A stretch of 64,000 nt of DNA, taken from contig JBAYFZ010000001.1 in assembly GCA_041666915.1 (NCBI GenBank), positions 73,086-137,085 on the forward strand, given 5' to 3'. The notes below the pieces were generated by a model, which was given only the letters and a program-made list of their open reading frames with translations, did no database searches and was not told where the DNA came from. The position numbers and the translations under genes are program-made. The DNA is from Minisyncoccota bacterium (GTDB taxonomy: Bacteria > Patescibacteriota > Minisyncoccia > Phycocordibacterales > PALSA-1337). This document shows positions 28,344-38,331 of this stretch, piece after piece (within the stretch, counting starts at the first letter, position 1; each line of letters starts with the position of its first letter).

Positions 28344-29009
28344 ATGAAGACAAATGATTTTAGTCCAATTCCTCGTGATTTCTCAGAGATTTTCTTGATT
28401 GTTGTTAACCTGTTACCTTTGTTTGGTGTATGGTTTTTGGGTTGGAATTTACCAGATGTATTTATTTTGTATTGGGCTGAGAGTGCTATTATAGGTTTCT
28501 TTTGGTTTTTTAAATTAATTTGTGCATTTATTTTAGATAAGACTAAGTTTAAACGGTTTCCTAAGTTATTTTTGTTTTTCTTATTTCTCTTAATACATTT
28601 TGGCGGTTTTATGTTCGGCCATTTGATTGCTATACTTTCCGGTTTGATATTTAAAGGCAAAGGAGTTGAACTTAGTGTGATGTTTATTTATTTTAAAGAC
28701 ACTATAATAACACTCTTAATACCGCTTGCACTTCTTTTTATAAGTCATGGAGTATCCTTTGTGCAAAATTTTATCTTGAGTCAAGAATATAAGGTGTGGA
28801 TAGAAAGACAAGATAAAATTAAATCGATTCCTCCGTATGGCAGAATCATAATAATGCACATATCGGTATTTTTGATCGCGTTTTTAATGAACGCAGGTGA
28901 AGTATGGTTACCACTTTCATCGTTATTAATAATTTTTACAAAGATTTTTACGGATTTGAGAGCGCATAGAAAAGAACATCAAAAAGTAATACGACAAGGA
29001 ACAATTTAA
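28344..29009 (+). CDS. DUF6498-like membrane protein
   Basis: NLLPLFGVWFLGW, LYWAESAIIG, HFGGF, PYGRIIIMH. Confidence 0.8.
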   Translation: MKTNDFSPIPRDFSEIFLIVVNLLPLFGVWFLGWNLPDVFILYWAESAIIGFFWFFKLICAFILDKTKFKRFPKLFLFFLFLLIHFGGFMFGHLIAILSGLIFKGKGVELSVMFIYFKDTIITLLIPLALLFISHGVSFVQNFILSQEYKVWIERQDKIKSIPPYGRIIIMHISVFLIAFLMNAGEVWLPLSSLLIIFTKIFTDLRAHRKEHQKVIRQGTI

Positions 29010-29479
29010 TACAAAAAAAGACCGACCTGTAAGGATCGGTCAATTCGGAGCAGGGGGATCTAGTTTAGGCTTATCACAAACGTCCTGTTTCTGGGAATAT
29101 TTGAGACGGATTTGTGCAGTATGACTCCGGCCGGAAGACATAATACACTTGGGATAATCGGGCCACTTAACTCGGAATTGACCAGCCTTCTGGTCAACTG
29201 TTTGATTTATATCAGAATATTTCTATCCTGACATCATCCTATTCTTCGCAAAACAATAGTCCCGCCTCGCTTTAGCGAAATCGGAATAACTGTAGAATAG
29301 AATTAAGCGGTCATTTCACCTGATGTTGGAGATTTCCCACGACACCTCTTTTGCACGTTTTGCATTCGCACAGGTAAGGGGTTTAGCCTGTTCTCTTTTT
29401 AAAGGAGAATCGAATAATCTTTGTTCAAAGAACCATCCTGCCAATGGTTAGTATATCTACGACTTATTTTTTGTCAATA

Positions 29480-29884
29480 TTACCTCCAAGCTCCAATAAT
29501 AGCCCCGCCAATAGTGAGAACCACCAAGTTGTTGATGGCATCTATGAGAACTAGAGTGAATGATTCTCTTTTCCAAAGAAGTCCAGAAAGTAAAGATGGA
29601 ATGACAAAACCTAGCCAGACCAATAATCCCAAGAAGGCACCATCGGTGGAACTTCTAACACTGGCCATACTGATAAGAAAAGCCAAGACCGAGAAAGTGA
29701 TGAGGGTAATGAAGAATTGAGCGATGTATGATTTCCAAACAGTTTTTGGATTTATAGTTTTCATATCGGTACCGGATAGGGCAACCCATTCTTTACCGAA
29801 TAGTATAGGGGAGTACCAGAGTGAGCTTATGGCGAAACTTGCTAGAGAAGCGACTAATATTGGCAGATAATTTATAGGGTTCAT
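29480..29884 (-). CDS. DUF1761 family membrane protein
   Basis: INYLPILVA...LWYSPILFGKEW. Confidence 0.85.
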   Translation of the reverse strand: MNPINYLPILVASLASFAISSLWYSPILFGKEWVALSGTDMKTINPKTVWKSYIAQFFITLITFSVLAFLISMASVRSSTDGAFLGLLVWLGFVIPSLLSGLLWKRESFTLVLIDAINNLVVLTIGGAIIGAWR

Positions 29885-29943
29885 GTTGGCTAATTTGCTA
29901 TATTATTTAGTATGTTAGAATGGTAGCATAACTTTTTATAAAA

Positions 29944-30447
29944 ATGAAAACAAATAAGGGTTCATCATCAGCTTTTATATTTATCATTGTAGGTATTATT
30001 GGCCTAGTCATTTTGACATATTACCTAGTATCAACAAAATCAGTACCAAGTTTTGATGATTATGTACAGCAAAATTCTAGTAAGCTCAGTACTATTTCAG
30101 TGGGAGCTCCAAATGGAACCATCAATACCTTTGTCGCTACAAGTTCAGATGATCAAGAACTGGGCTTAGGTGGACGCGATTCAATATCAAAACAAGAAGG
30201 TATGATTTTTGCATTTCCTGATTCTGCAAGTAGGGGATTTTGGATGCAAGATATGCTATTTCCGATTGATATAGTCTGGATTCGTGAAGACAAAACTGTC
30301 GCTAGTGTAACTTCCGGTATCGCAACTAGTACTTACCCAGATATTTTCTTTCCTACTGAACCAGTTATGTACGTACTAGAACTTAATGCTGGTTCTGCAA
30401 AAGATTTTGGTATCGCTACTGGAACTCCTCTTCAATTTGTGATCTAA
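29944..30447 (+). CDS. DUF192 family protein
   Basis: GLGGR, GMIFAF, FWMQDMLFPIDIVWI, YVLELNAG. Confidence 0.9.
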   Translation: MKTNKGSSSAFIFIIVGIIGLVILTYYLVSTKSVPSFDDYVQQNSSKLSTISVGAPNGTINTFVATSSDDQELGLGGRDSISKQEGMIFAFPDSASRGFWMQDMLFPIDIVWIREDKTVASVTSGIATSTYPDIFFPTEPVMYVLELNAGSAKDFGIATGTPLQFVI

Positions 30448-30668
30448 CTCACTATCCACAGTTTTTTTAAGTGAGACTTGGATGTACAATGATCTCAAGA
30501 ATCAAAAAATAATTTCTTCGGTCGATACGAAAAAATTATTGTTAGTTGTCAAAAAAATTATTAGCAGAGGAAAAGGTTAATCCTTTTCTTTCGTCGTCCC
30601 CGGAAGATTGTGTAAATAACAAAATTCTAGGTCGCCGGAATAAGTACGCAGCCGCCTGCGCACCAATT

Positions 30669-32993
30669 ATGCCCAAAAAGAAAAAAACAACCGCCAAAGG
30701 AGCGGTCAAGGCTCCTTCTGTCCCCACAATTATTAAAAGAGATGGTCGAATAGTGCCTTTTGATCTAGAAAAGATAGTTACTGCTACTTGGAAAGGTATG
30801 AATGCAGTCAATGAAGGTTCTTTGGAAGAAGCCAGAGTTGTCGCAAACCAAGTTTATGCTGAACTTATCCGCATCAAGAGGAAATTTAATAATTTCATTC
30901 CAACAGTTGAAGGTTGTCAGGATATAGTTGAGCAAGAACTCATGCGTGCTGACTATGTGAAGGCTGCAAAACATTACGTTTTGTATCGTGAAGAACGTGC
31001 AAGACTTCGTGCTGTAGGTTTTGAAGTTCCAGAACATGTTCGCAAGCTTGCTACCGATTCTCAAAAATATTTCCGTAATGCTTTGGGCGAATTTGTATAC
31101 TATCGTTCGTATTCAAGATGGATTGAAGCTGAAAATCGCCGTGAGACTTGGATAGAAACAGTCAATCGTTACGTTGAATTTATGAAAGTCAATCTAGGTG
31201 ACAAGCTCAAGGAAAGTGAATACAAAGAAGTTCGCGAGTCCATCCTCAATCAGCAAGCTATGCCATCAATGCGTTTACTTCAGTTCGCTGGTAAACCTGC
31301 TGCAACCACAAATGTCTGTGCTTACAACTGTTCTTTTATTGCTCCAGAATCATTCCAAGATTTGGCGGAGATTATGTACATTTCTATGTGTGGTACAGGA
31401 GCAGGTTGGTCAGTAGAGAGTACAAATGTAGAACGTTTTCCTCAGATTATGATGCAGACTGGAGAAAAATTACCTACACACGTTATTCCAGATAGTAAAG
31501 AAGGTTGGGCAGATTCTCTTGCTTTGGGTATGAAGACTTGGGCGTCTGGAAAAGATATAGAATTTGATTTTACACAACTACGACCAGAAGGTGCACGTCT
31601 CAAGACTATGGGTGGCAAATCATCTGGTCCGGCTCCTCTCATGAGACTTTTGGCTTTCTCACGTCAGATTATGTTTGCTCGTCAGGGACGCCGTCTACGC
31701 AACATAGACCTTCACGATATTATTTGTATGATCGGAGATTGCGTCGTTTCTGGAGGTGTACGAAGAAGTGCCATGATCTCTTTGTCAGATCTTGGTGATG
31801 AGCAGATTCGCGATGCAAAGAAAGGTGCTTTCTACATGACTCATCCTCATCGTATGCTCGCAAACAATTCTGCTGTTTATATGATCAAGCCAACCAACGA
31901 AGAATTTCTCAAAGAATGGATGGCACTTGTTGAGAGTCGTTCTGGAGAGCGTGGAATATTCAATCGTGGTTCATTGGCAAAGACTTTACCAGAACGTCGT
32001 ATCAAAGTTCTCAAAGAATACAAAGGGTATTTTGATCAAACAGGTAATCACATCATCGGTCCTATCGGTACAAACCCTTGCGGAGAGATCATTCTACAAT
32101 CAAAACAATTTTGTAATCTATCAGAGATTGTCGCTCGTGCCGAAGATACCGAAGCAACCCTCATAAAGAAAATGCGTATTGCAACGATTCTCGGTACTTA
32201 CCAAGCATCTCTCACAAATTTCCAATATCTTTCAAAAGAATGGAAAGAACATTGTGAAAAAGAGCGTCTTTTGGGAGTCTCTATCACTGGTCAATGGGAT
32301 TGTCCCGTTGTTCGCAAACCAGAAGTTATGCGCAAACTCAAGGCGGAGGCTATCAAGATTAACAAAGAATATTCAAAGCGTTTTGGTATCAACGAATCAA
32401 CCGCTATTACTTGCGTTAAACCTTCAGGTACTTTGTCTCAGACCGTAGATTGTTCATCAGGTATGCACCCAAGACATTCAAAGTATTACATTCGCCGTAT
32501 TCGTATTTCTGCCACTGACGCTCTATTCAAAATGCTTAGGGATCAGGGTGTACCACATTTTCCAGAAGTAGGACAATCTCCAGAGACAGCTACGACCTAC
32601 GTATTAGAATTCCCAGTCAAAGCTCCAAGTGGTTCTATATTCCGCGACGATCAGTCAGGTATAGAGCAGTTGGAATATTGGAAGATGGTCAAGGAAAATT
32701 ATACCGAACACAATCCTTCAGTTACTATTTCTGTTGGTAATGATGAATGGATCGCAGTTGCAAACTGGGTTTATGAAAATTGGGATATTTGCGGAGGTCT
32801 TTCATTCTTGCCTCGCGAAGATGCTGTTTACAAGCTTGCACCATATGAGTCTATTGATGAGAAGACTTACAAGGAATTGGCAAAGCGTATGGAACATGTG
32901 GATTATTCAAAGATCATTACTTATGAGAAGCAGAATGAGACGGATCTTAAAAAAGAACTAGCTTGCGCGTCGGGAGTTTGCGAAATTGTTTAA
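30669..32993 (+). CDS. nrdJ: Class II (B12-dependent) ribonucleotide reductase with N-terminal ATP cone
   Basis: IIKRDGRIVPFD cone, YNCSF, GGVRRSA, TNPCGEI, VKPSGT, C-terminal CASGVC. Confidence 0.92.
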   Translation: MPKKKKTTAKGAVKAPSVPTIIKRDGRIVPFDLEKIVTATWKGMNAVNEGSLEEARVVANQVYAELIRIKRKFNNFIPTVEGCQDIVEQELMRADYVKAAKHYVLYREERARLRAVGFEVPEHVRKLATDSQKYFRNALGEFVYYRSYSRWIEAENRRETWIETVNRYVEFMKVNLGDKLKESEYKEVRESILNQQAMPSMRLLQFAGKPAATTNVCAYNCSFIAPESFQDLAEIMYISMCGTGAGWSVESTNVERFPQIMMQTGEKLPTHVIPDSKEGWADSLALGMKTWASGKDIEFDFTQLRPEGARLKTMGGKSSGPAPLMRLLAFSRQIMFARQGRRLRNIDLHDIICMIGDCVVSGGVRRSAMISLSDLGDEQIRDAKKGAFYMTHPHRMLANNSAVYMIKPTNEEFLKEWMALVESRSGERGIFNRGSLAKTLPERRIKVLKEYKGYFDQTGNHIIGPIGTNPCGEIILQSKQFCNLSEIVARAEDTEATLIKKMRIATILGTYQASLTNFQYLSKEWKEHCEKERLLGVSITGQWDCPVVRKPEVMRKLKAEAIKINKEYSKRFGINESTAITCVKPSGTLSQTVDCSSGMHPRHSKYYIRRIRISATDALFKMLRDQGVPHFPEVGQSPETATTYVLEFPVKAPSGSIFRDDQSGIEQLEYWKMVKENYTEHNPSVTISVGNDEWIAVANWVYENWDICGGLSFLPREDAVYKLAPYESIDEKTYKELAKRMEHVDYSKIITYEKQNETDLKKELACASGVCEIV

Positions 32994-33038
32994 AACTTCC
33001 AAATTTGGCACATTTTGTCGTCGCTTCGTTCGTCTTAA

Positions 33039-33145
33039 AATTTCTAATTTTTAATTACTAATTTCTAAGAAATGTTTAAATGTCTTGGAATTAGTAATTG
33101 GAATTTGGTCATTATTTAGAAATTAAAAATTAGTAATTAGAAATT
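33039..33145. repeat. Inverted pair of 7-bp tandem arrays
   Basis: AATTTCT/AATTTTT/AATTACT/AATTTCT at 33039-33068 and reverse-complement units at 33116-33145. Confidence 0.75.
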
Positions 33146-33164
33146 GGTCAACTTCACTGCTTCT

Positions 33165-33644
33165 ATGAAAAAGAAGACATTAAAAAGTAAAAAATCTAAT
33201 AAGAAGAACAAGGAGATTGTCGTCGCTGTCAGTGGTGGTTTTGACCCTGTACACATAGGACATGTTCGTATGTTCAATGAAGCCAAGAAGTTGGGACATA
33301 GACTTGTGGTCATTCTCAACAATGACAATTGGTTGAAGGCCAAGAAAGGTTATGCCTTCATGAGTCAACATGAGAGAAAAGAGATAATTGAAGCTTTTGA
33401 ATCTGTTGATGAAGTAGTTATAACTTCGCACCCAGAAGATCCTGCTGACATGAGTGTTTGTGATGAACTTATAAACATCAAACCACACATTTTTGCCAAT
33501 GGTGGTGACCGAACAAATAAGAATGTTCCAGAAATTCCTGTCTGCGAAGAAATCGGTTGTGATATGATCTATAACATCGGTGAAGGTGGCAAAGTCCAAT
33601 CAAGTTCTTGGTTGGTAGGGAAGGTGAAGGGGAAGAAAAAGTAA
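33165..33644 (+). CDS. Cytidylyltransferase-family nucleotidyltransferase
   Basis: SGGFDPVHIGH (HxGH), FANGGDR, KVQSSSWL. Confidence 0.9.
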   Translation: MKKKTLKSKKSNKKNKEIVVAVSGGFDPVHIGHVRMFNEAKKLGHRLVVILNNDNWLKAKKGYAFMSQHERKEIIEAFESVDEVVITSHPEDPADMSVCDELINIKPHIFANGGDRTNKNVPEIPVCEEIGCDMIYNIGEGGKVQSSSWLVGKVKGKKK

Positions 33645-33726
33645 AATTTTGTAAAAAAAGTAGTTCCGACATAAAATTTTTCTGTTGAATAGTTCCCAAA
33701 ATATTTTTTTGGAGTAAAATTACGGG

Positions 33727-34350
33727 GTGAATAATATTGAATCAGTTAAAAAAGAGATTACTCTTCAAGCAATAGCAAATTCACTGGAGTTGATCACAAA
33801 GACTCTAGGTAATTTTGCTACCAAAAAGGATCTTACTGATTCTCAAGCGAATTTCATTACAAAGAAAGACCTGACTGATTCTCAGGTAAATTTCGCTACC
33901 AAGAAGGATCTTGAGGCTTTTGCTACAAAGAAAGACCTCGAAAGGTTTGCTACCAAGAAAGATCTTGAAACTTTCGCTACAAAGAAAGATCTTGAGAATT
34001 TTCCCACCAAGAAGGATTTGGCTGATTCTCTTGCAAATTTCGCTACCAAGAAAGATCTTGAAAGATTTGCTACAAAGAGTGATCTTGAAAGTCTTGCCGT
34101 CAAAACAGAAGCATCCTTTGCTCGTTTAGAGGATTTGATTGACGGTCTCGCTATCATGACAAAGACCGAACTTTTCAAAGTAGAACATAGGCTTTCTGAT
34201 AGGATTGATGAATTGGATAAAAAAGTTGATCGCAACCATACGTATTCGGTCAATCAGTTAGATTATATAATGACGCATTACGCTAGGAGACAAGAGTATG
34301 TACATTTTGATGGTCGTCTGAAGAAGATTGAAAGAAAGGTCTTTGCATGA
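33727..34350 (+). CDS. FATKKDL tandem-repeat coiled-coil protein
   Basis: Nine xFATKKDL(E) units at 33811-34089. Confidence 0.8.
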   Translation: MNNIESVKKEITLQAIANSLELITKTLGNFATKKDLTDSQANFITKKDLTDSQVNFATKKDLEAFATKKDLERFATKKDLETFATKKDLENFPTKKDLADSLANFATKKDLERFATKSDLESLAVKTEASFARLEDLIDGLAIMTKTELFKVEHRLSDRIDELDKKVDRNHTYSVNQLDYIMTHYARRQEYVHFDGRLKKIERKVFA

Positions 34351-34385
34351 TGGGGATATAATATTACTTACCCAGTTGTGTTGTA

Positions 34386-34414
34386 TTGACAGATTGCACC
34401 ATTAACTGTATATT
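34386..34414 (+). promoter_or_regulatory. sigma70-type promoter
   Basis: TTGACA-17 bp-TATATT upstream of ORF 34504. Confidence 0.6.
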
Positions 34415-34503
34415 ATTATGGTAGCCCTTTGATATTGATAGATGAACTATAAAACAAAATAAACTCGTGTCCGAAAGGATACTAATAAAGAAAGGTAGCA
34501 ACG

Positions 34504-35226
34504 ATGAAAAAACCATCGGTTGTATCAGTTGGTGAAAATCAGATTATTGAGGCATGTGTGACTTTGGTTACTAAAGCTACTCGTAAAGCGACCAGAGTAG
34601 CGATTCGTGGACTTATTGAGAGAGGCGTTCTTAACCGACAGAACATTGAGTATGTCCGAGCGCGTGGTAACGAGGTGGTCGCCAGGATCACTGTTCTCGT
34701 GAAAGAAAGGTTTGCCGAAATCGCTGAGGATACCGTCGTCACAATCCAAAGTTGCCTCAAACGCATCTTTGAAGGAAAAAAGATTGTCATCGCCAAAACG
34801 AGCGGGAAGGAAAATCTCGCTAACGCCAAGGATGTCTTCACAGGTTGGGTTGATCCAAACTTCGTGAACTACGGTTGTGACGTGGAAGATAAACCGACCG
34901 TTGAGACACCGGTAGAAGTGTTTGAGATGGTGGAGGATGGCGACTTCGCACGAATATTTGGTGGTTTTAACGTCAACCTCGATCAGTTGTGTTTATCACA
35001 ACACCAGATCAAGGAGTTTGTGAAGAATCACCGCGATAAACTCCGTACGGATGGTTATGCAACGTTCTTCCTGTTCAAAGTCGGCAAAAAGTTCTTCGTC
35101 GCGAACGTGTACTTCGATGACGCGGGGCGTCTCAAGGTCCGCGTGCACCGCTTCTCGCACGACTACGGCTGGGATGCCGCGAACCGTCATCGCGTCGTAG
35201 TCCCGCAACAGAAACTTGTAAGTTAG
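34504..35226 (+). CDS. Hypothetical protein, candidate DGR variable (target) protein
   Basis: GC-rich 3' end encoding FFVANVYF...RLKVRVHRFSHDYGWDAANRHRVVVPQ; downstream hairpins. Confidence 0.75.
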   Translation: MKKPSVVSVGENQIIEACVTLVTKATRKATRVAIRGLIERGVLNRQNIEYVRARGNEVVARITVLVKERFAEIAEDTVVTIQSCLKRIFEGKKIVIAKTSGKENLANAKDVFTGWVDPNFVNYGCDVEDKPTVETPVEVFEMVEDGDFARIFGGFNVNLDQLCLSQHQIKEFVKNHRDKLRTDGYATFFLFKVGKKFFVANVYFDDAGRLKVRVHRFSHDYGWDAANRHRVVVPQQKLVS

Positions 35227-35402
35227 TTTTGAACCTTTGTCCGCCAGCTGGCGGACTCAGTCCCTCTGACTCTTGTCATTTATTTTGGCAAATCAGAGGG
35301 ATTTTTTGTTGTTGGGATTACTCGTTGTCGGAATTGTATTTTAATTAGACCTATCAAATACTCATCTTGTCAAGCCTTTTGAGATATGCTAAACTATCTT
35401 TA

Positions 35403-35770
35403 GTTGTACCAGACAACCGCGTTTTGCTTGGCGAAAGCTAGGTAGGATGAGGAAAGTCCGAACACTGGTCTAGAGAAATCTAGACAGCAAGTAGCGGGTA
35501 ATACCCGTCGGGTTAATAACCAGAGGTGCGAACAGAAACGCTGGATCCGAAAGGTGAAAGCTCCATCGCAAGGTGGATGAAGTTCATGGCAACATGAATA
35601 TGCAACGGCTAAATCCTTACTTCAGTGCAAGGTCGTGTTTCTTGGCTAACTTGCGAAAGCGAGTAAGTTGAGGAAAGAACCGCTTGATCCCGCACGTAAG
35701 TGCGAGACTAGATAAATGGTTGTCACTGATATGTTTACATATCAGAACAGAATTCGGCTTATGGTATGAC
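35403..35770 (+). ncRNA. rnpB: RNase P RNA
   Basis: P1 GTTGTACCA/TGGTATGAC, GAGGAAAGTCC, AGTGCAAG, CTAGATAAATG, ACAGAATTCGGCTTA conserved regions. Confidence 0.95.
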
Positions 35771-35783
35771 CAAAATGAAAAAC

Positions 35784-35806
35784 TCGCCCTTACCGGGCGA
35801 GTTTTT
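35784..35806 (+). terminator. Rho-independent terminator after rnpB
   Basis: TCGCCC...GGGCGA stem followed by a T run. Confidence 0.75.
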
Positions 35807-35921
35807 CTTTGCAGAACATTGAAACTAGACATTGAAAAGTGGATTATCTGTGGATTAGTTGGTTTTATTTTTTATATTTCTGTTATAATGACAAGGTTAT
35901 AAATAATGCATTACACATCTT

Positions 35922-38303
35922 ATGAATAATGAAGCAGTTCCTCAACCTTCCAATCGATTGGAATCAATCGGTTTTTGGGTTTTCTTAGCAACTATAGTCT
36001 TGGCACCACTTGCTTTTTGGCCTAGCCCTTACATCTCGCTTGATTTGGTAAAGACTTTTGTCATAGCTTTTGGGACAATAATCTCTGCTATACTTTTTAT
36101 CTTTATAGCTATAAAAGAGAGAAAATTGGTTTTACCACCAAAGAGTCTTACGCGAACAAGTGTTCTCGTTGTGGTGTCATTGATAGTATCTTCATTACTT
36201 AGTATTCAAGTAGCAAAGTCCTTATTTGGACAAGGTTTTGAAATTGGTAACGCTAGCTTCATTATACTTATGTTCTTGGCAGGTCTAACCGCTTTTACCA
36301 TAATCTCACGTCAAAAAGATCGTGCCATAGTTCTTTATGTAGGAATAGTCGCTTCTTATATTGTTGTCTTTATATTCCAATTACTCCGAGCTATATTCGG
36401 TCCACAGTTTATGACTTTTGGAATTTTTAGTTCAGCTACCTCATCTATGGTAGGTACTTGGTATAACTTGGGTACGTTCTCTATGCTCGTAGTTATTCTC
36501 TCATTGTTAGCTTTGTCATTGTTAAAACTCTCTTTTAAGATGAAAGTAGTTTATTGGGTATTGTTGGTACTTTCAGCGTTTGGAACTTTGGTCAGTGCTG
36601 GTTTCAAGACATGGCAGATGATCGCCACGATCATCTTACTTGGGCTTTCAGTATTTCTTTCTTTTGAGAAGTGGAAATCGGTTAGGAAATCAACCGTTGA
36701 GAGTAAAACCAAATCATTTTTCAAATCTCTAGCATGGATACCTGTCGTTTTGTTTATCATATCTGCAATATTCACATGGCAGATCCCAGGGATAATACAA
36801 CCAGCTGTTGCAAAATTAAGTGCAGGATATTCAGAATTAGTCCTACCATGGCAAATGACTCTTGATGTTAGTGCTTCTGCTATCCAAAATTATCCTCTAT
36901 TCGGTGTCGGTCCAAATCACTTCAATCAAGCTTTCTTGGCTTACAAACCGACTCAGATCAATACCACCAATTTTTGGGGAGCCGAATTCCAAAACGGTTT
37001 TGGTTTGATACCTACATTTGTCGCTACTCAGGGTTTGGTCGGAACAATCCTATGGATACTCTTGTTTGTCTTCTTTGGGATCTTATCGGTACGTATATTG
37101 AAGAAATTACCAGAAGAATCAGATGAGCGTTTTATGGTACTTTCTTCGTTCACTATGTCAGTTTTCTTGTGGTTGATCGCTATTGTATCGGTACCATCAC
37201 ATACTATTCTCTTCTTTGCTTTTGCTTTGACAGGTATATTCTTTGCTGTGTCGGCAACTGCAGGATCTAAGTCTTATTTACCGGTGGTTGGTTCAAAGAT
37301 GTACAAGATTTTCCCTTCAATCATGGCTGTCGTCGTACTTGTCTTGGTAGTCTGGGGTATTGTATATATGAAGAAAACTATTGCACTATCATATTTTGGT
37401 AGTGGAGTAAAAGAACTAACTGTGAGCGGTAACGCAGAAAAAGCCAATGCTTATTTTACAAAAGCAATAAAGTTTGATGAATCAGATATATATTGGAGAG
37501 CAAAAGTTGAGACAGCTTTAGCTTCTGCTCAAAAGTTGGCCGCTACGGTAAATTCAACGACTCCAGCTTCAACTACTCAGGCAGTGGTAGTACAGATAGG
37601 CAATGTTTTAAATCAAGGCTTGATTGATGCTAGAAAAGCTATAGCTTTTGATTCTACAAATTATTACAACTATCTATCCGAGGCTCGTATTTCTGAGGCC
37701 ACTGCAGATATTCAAATAAAAAGTGGATATGAGAATGCTATCAAAGCCTACAATTCTGCTATAAATATGAATCCGTTCAACCCTTCTATTTATCTTTCTT
37801 TGGCAAGTTTTGAAGCAAGACAAAAGAAGTATGATGATTCTATTAGAGATTTGGGCAAAGCTCTTCAAGTAAAAAATAATTATCTGGATGCAATATTCTT
37901 GCTTTCACAGGTCTATGCCGCCAAGGGTGATATTGTCAACGCCGTTACAGCTGCCAAAGTTGCTGTTGAACTCAATCCTCAAAGCCCTCAACTTTTGTTC
38001 CAGCTCGGAATTTTGGATTACAATATCAAGGATTATGCTGGAGCGGTACAAGCACTTGATGGGGCAGTCAAAATTCAGAAAGATTATGCCAATGCCAAAT
38101 ATTTCCTAGGTTTATCTTATGCACGCTTAAACAATATTGTCGGCGCTGTCTCACAGTTTGAAGATCTAGCAAGAACAAATCCAGAAAATCAAGAAGTTGC
38201 TCTTATATTGGCCAATCTGAAAAATGGCAAGTCTATCTTTGCTGATGCAAAAGCTTCTGCTCCAGAAAAGAGAGCAAGCCTACCTATCAAAGAGAAGAGA
38301 TAG
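35922..38303 (+). CDS. O-antigen ligase-like polytopic membrane protein with C-terminal TPRs
   Basis: Many TMs, PLFGVGPNHF motif, TPRs such as YANAKYFLGLSY. Confidence 0.85.
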   Translation: MNNEAVPQPSNRLESIGFWVFLATIVLAPLAFWPSPYISLDLVKTFVIAFGTIISAILFIFIAIKERKLVLPPKSLTRTSVLVVVSLIVSSLLSIQVAKSLFGQGFEIGNASFIILMFLAGLTAFTIISRQKDRAIVLYVGIVASYIVVFIFQLLRAIFGPQFMTFGIFSSATSSMVGTWYNLGTFSMLVVILSLLALSLLKLSFKMKVVYWVLLVLSAFGTLVSAGFKTWQMIATIILLGLSVFLSFEKWKSVRKSTVESKTKSFFKSLAWIPVVLFIISAIFTWQIPGIIQPAVAKLSAGYSELVLPWQMTLDVSASAIQNYPLFGVGPNHFNQAFLAYKPTQINTTNFWGAEFQNGFGLIPTFVATQGLVGTILWILLFVFFGILSVRILKKLPEESDERFMVLSSFTMSVFLWLIAIVSVPSHTILFFAFALTGIFFAVSATAGSKSYLPVVGSKMYKIFPSIMAVVVLVLVVWGIVYMKKTIALSYFGSGVKELTVSGNAEKANAYFTKAIKFDESDIYWRAKVETALASAQKLAATVNSTTPASTTQAVVVQIGNVLNQGLIDARKAIAFDSTNYYNYLSEARISEATADIQIKSGYENAIKAYNSAINMNPFNPSIYLSLASFEARQKKYDDSIRDLGKALQVKNNYLDAIFLLSQVYAAKGDIVNAVTAAKVAVELNPQSPQLLFQLGILDYNIKDYAGAVQALDGAVKIQKDYANAKYFLGLSYARLNNIVGAVSQFEDLARTNPENQEVALILANLKNGKSIFADAKASAPEKRASLPIKEKR

Positions 38304-38331
38304 TAATAAAGTGTGTTAGAATGGTTCTACT

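Noticed and set aside
35617-35902. Short ORFs on both strands
   Set aside because: They overlap RNase P RNA and its terminator
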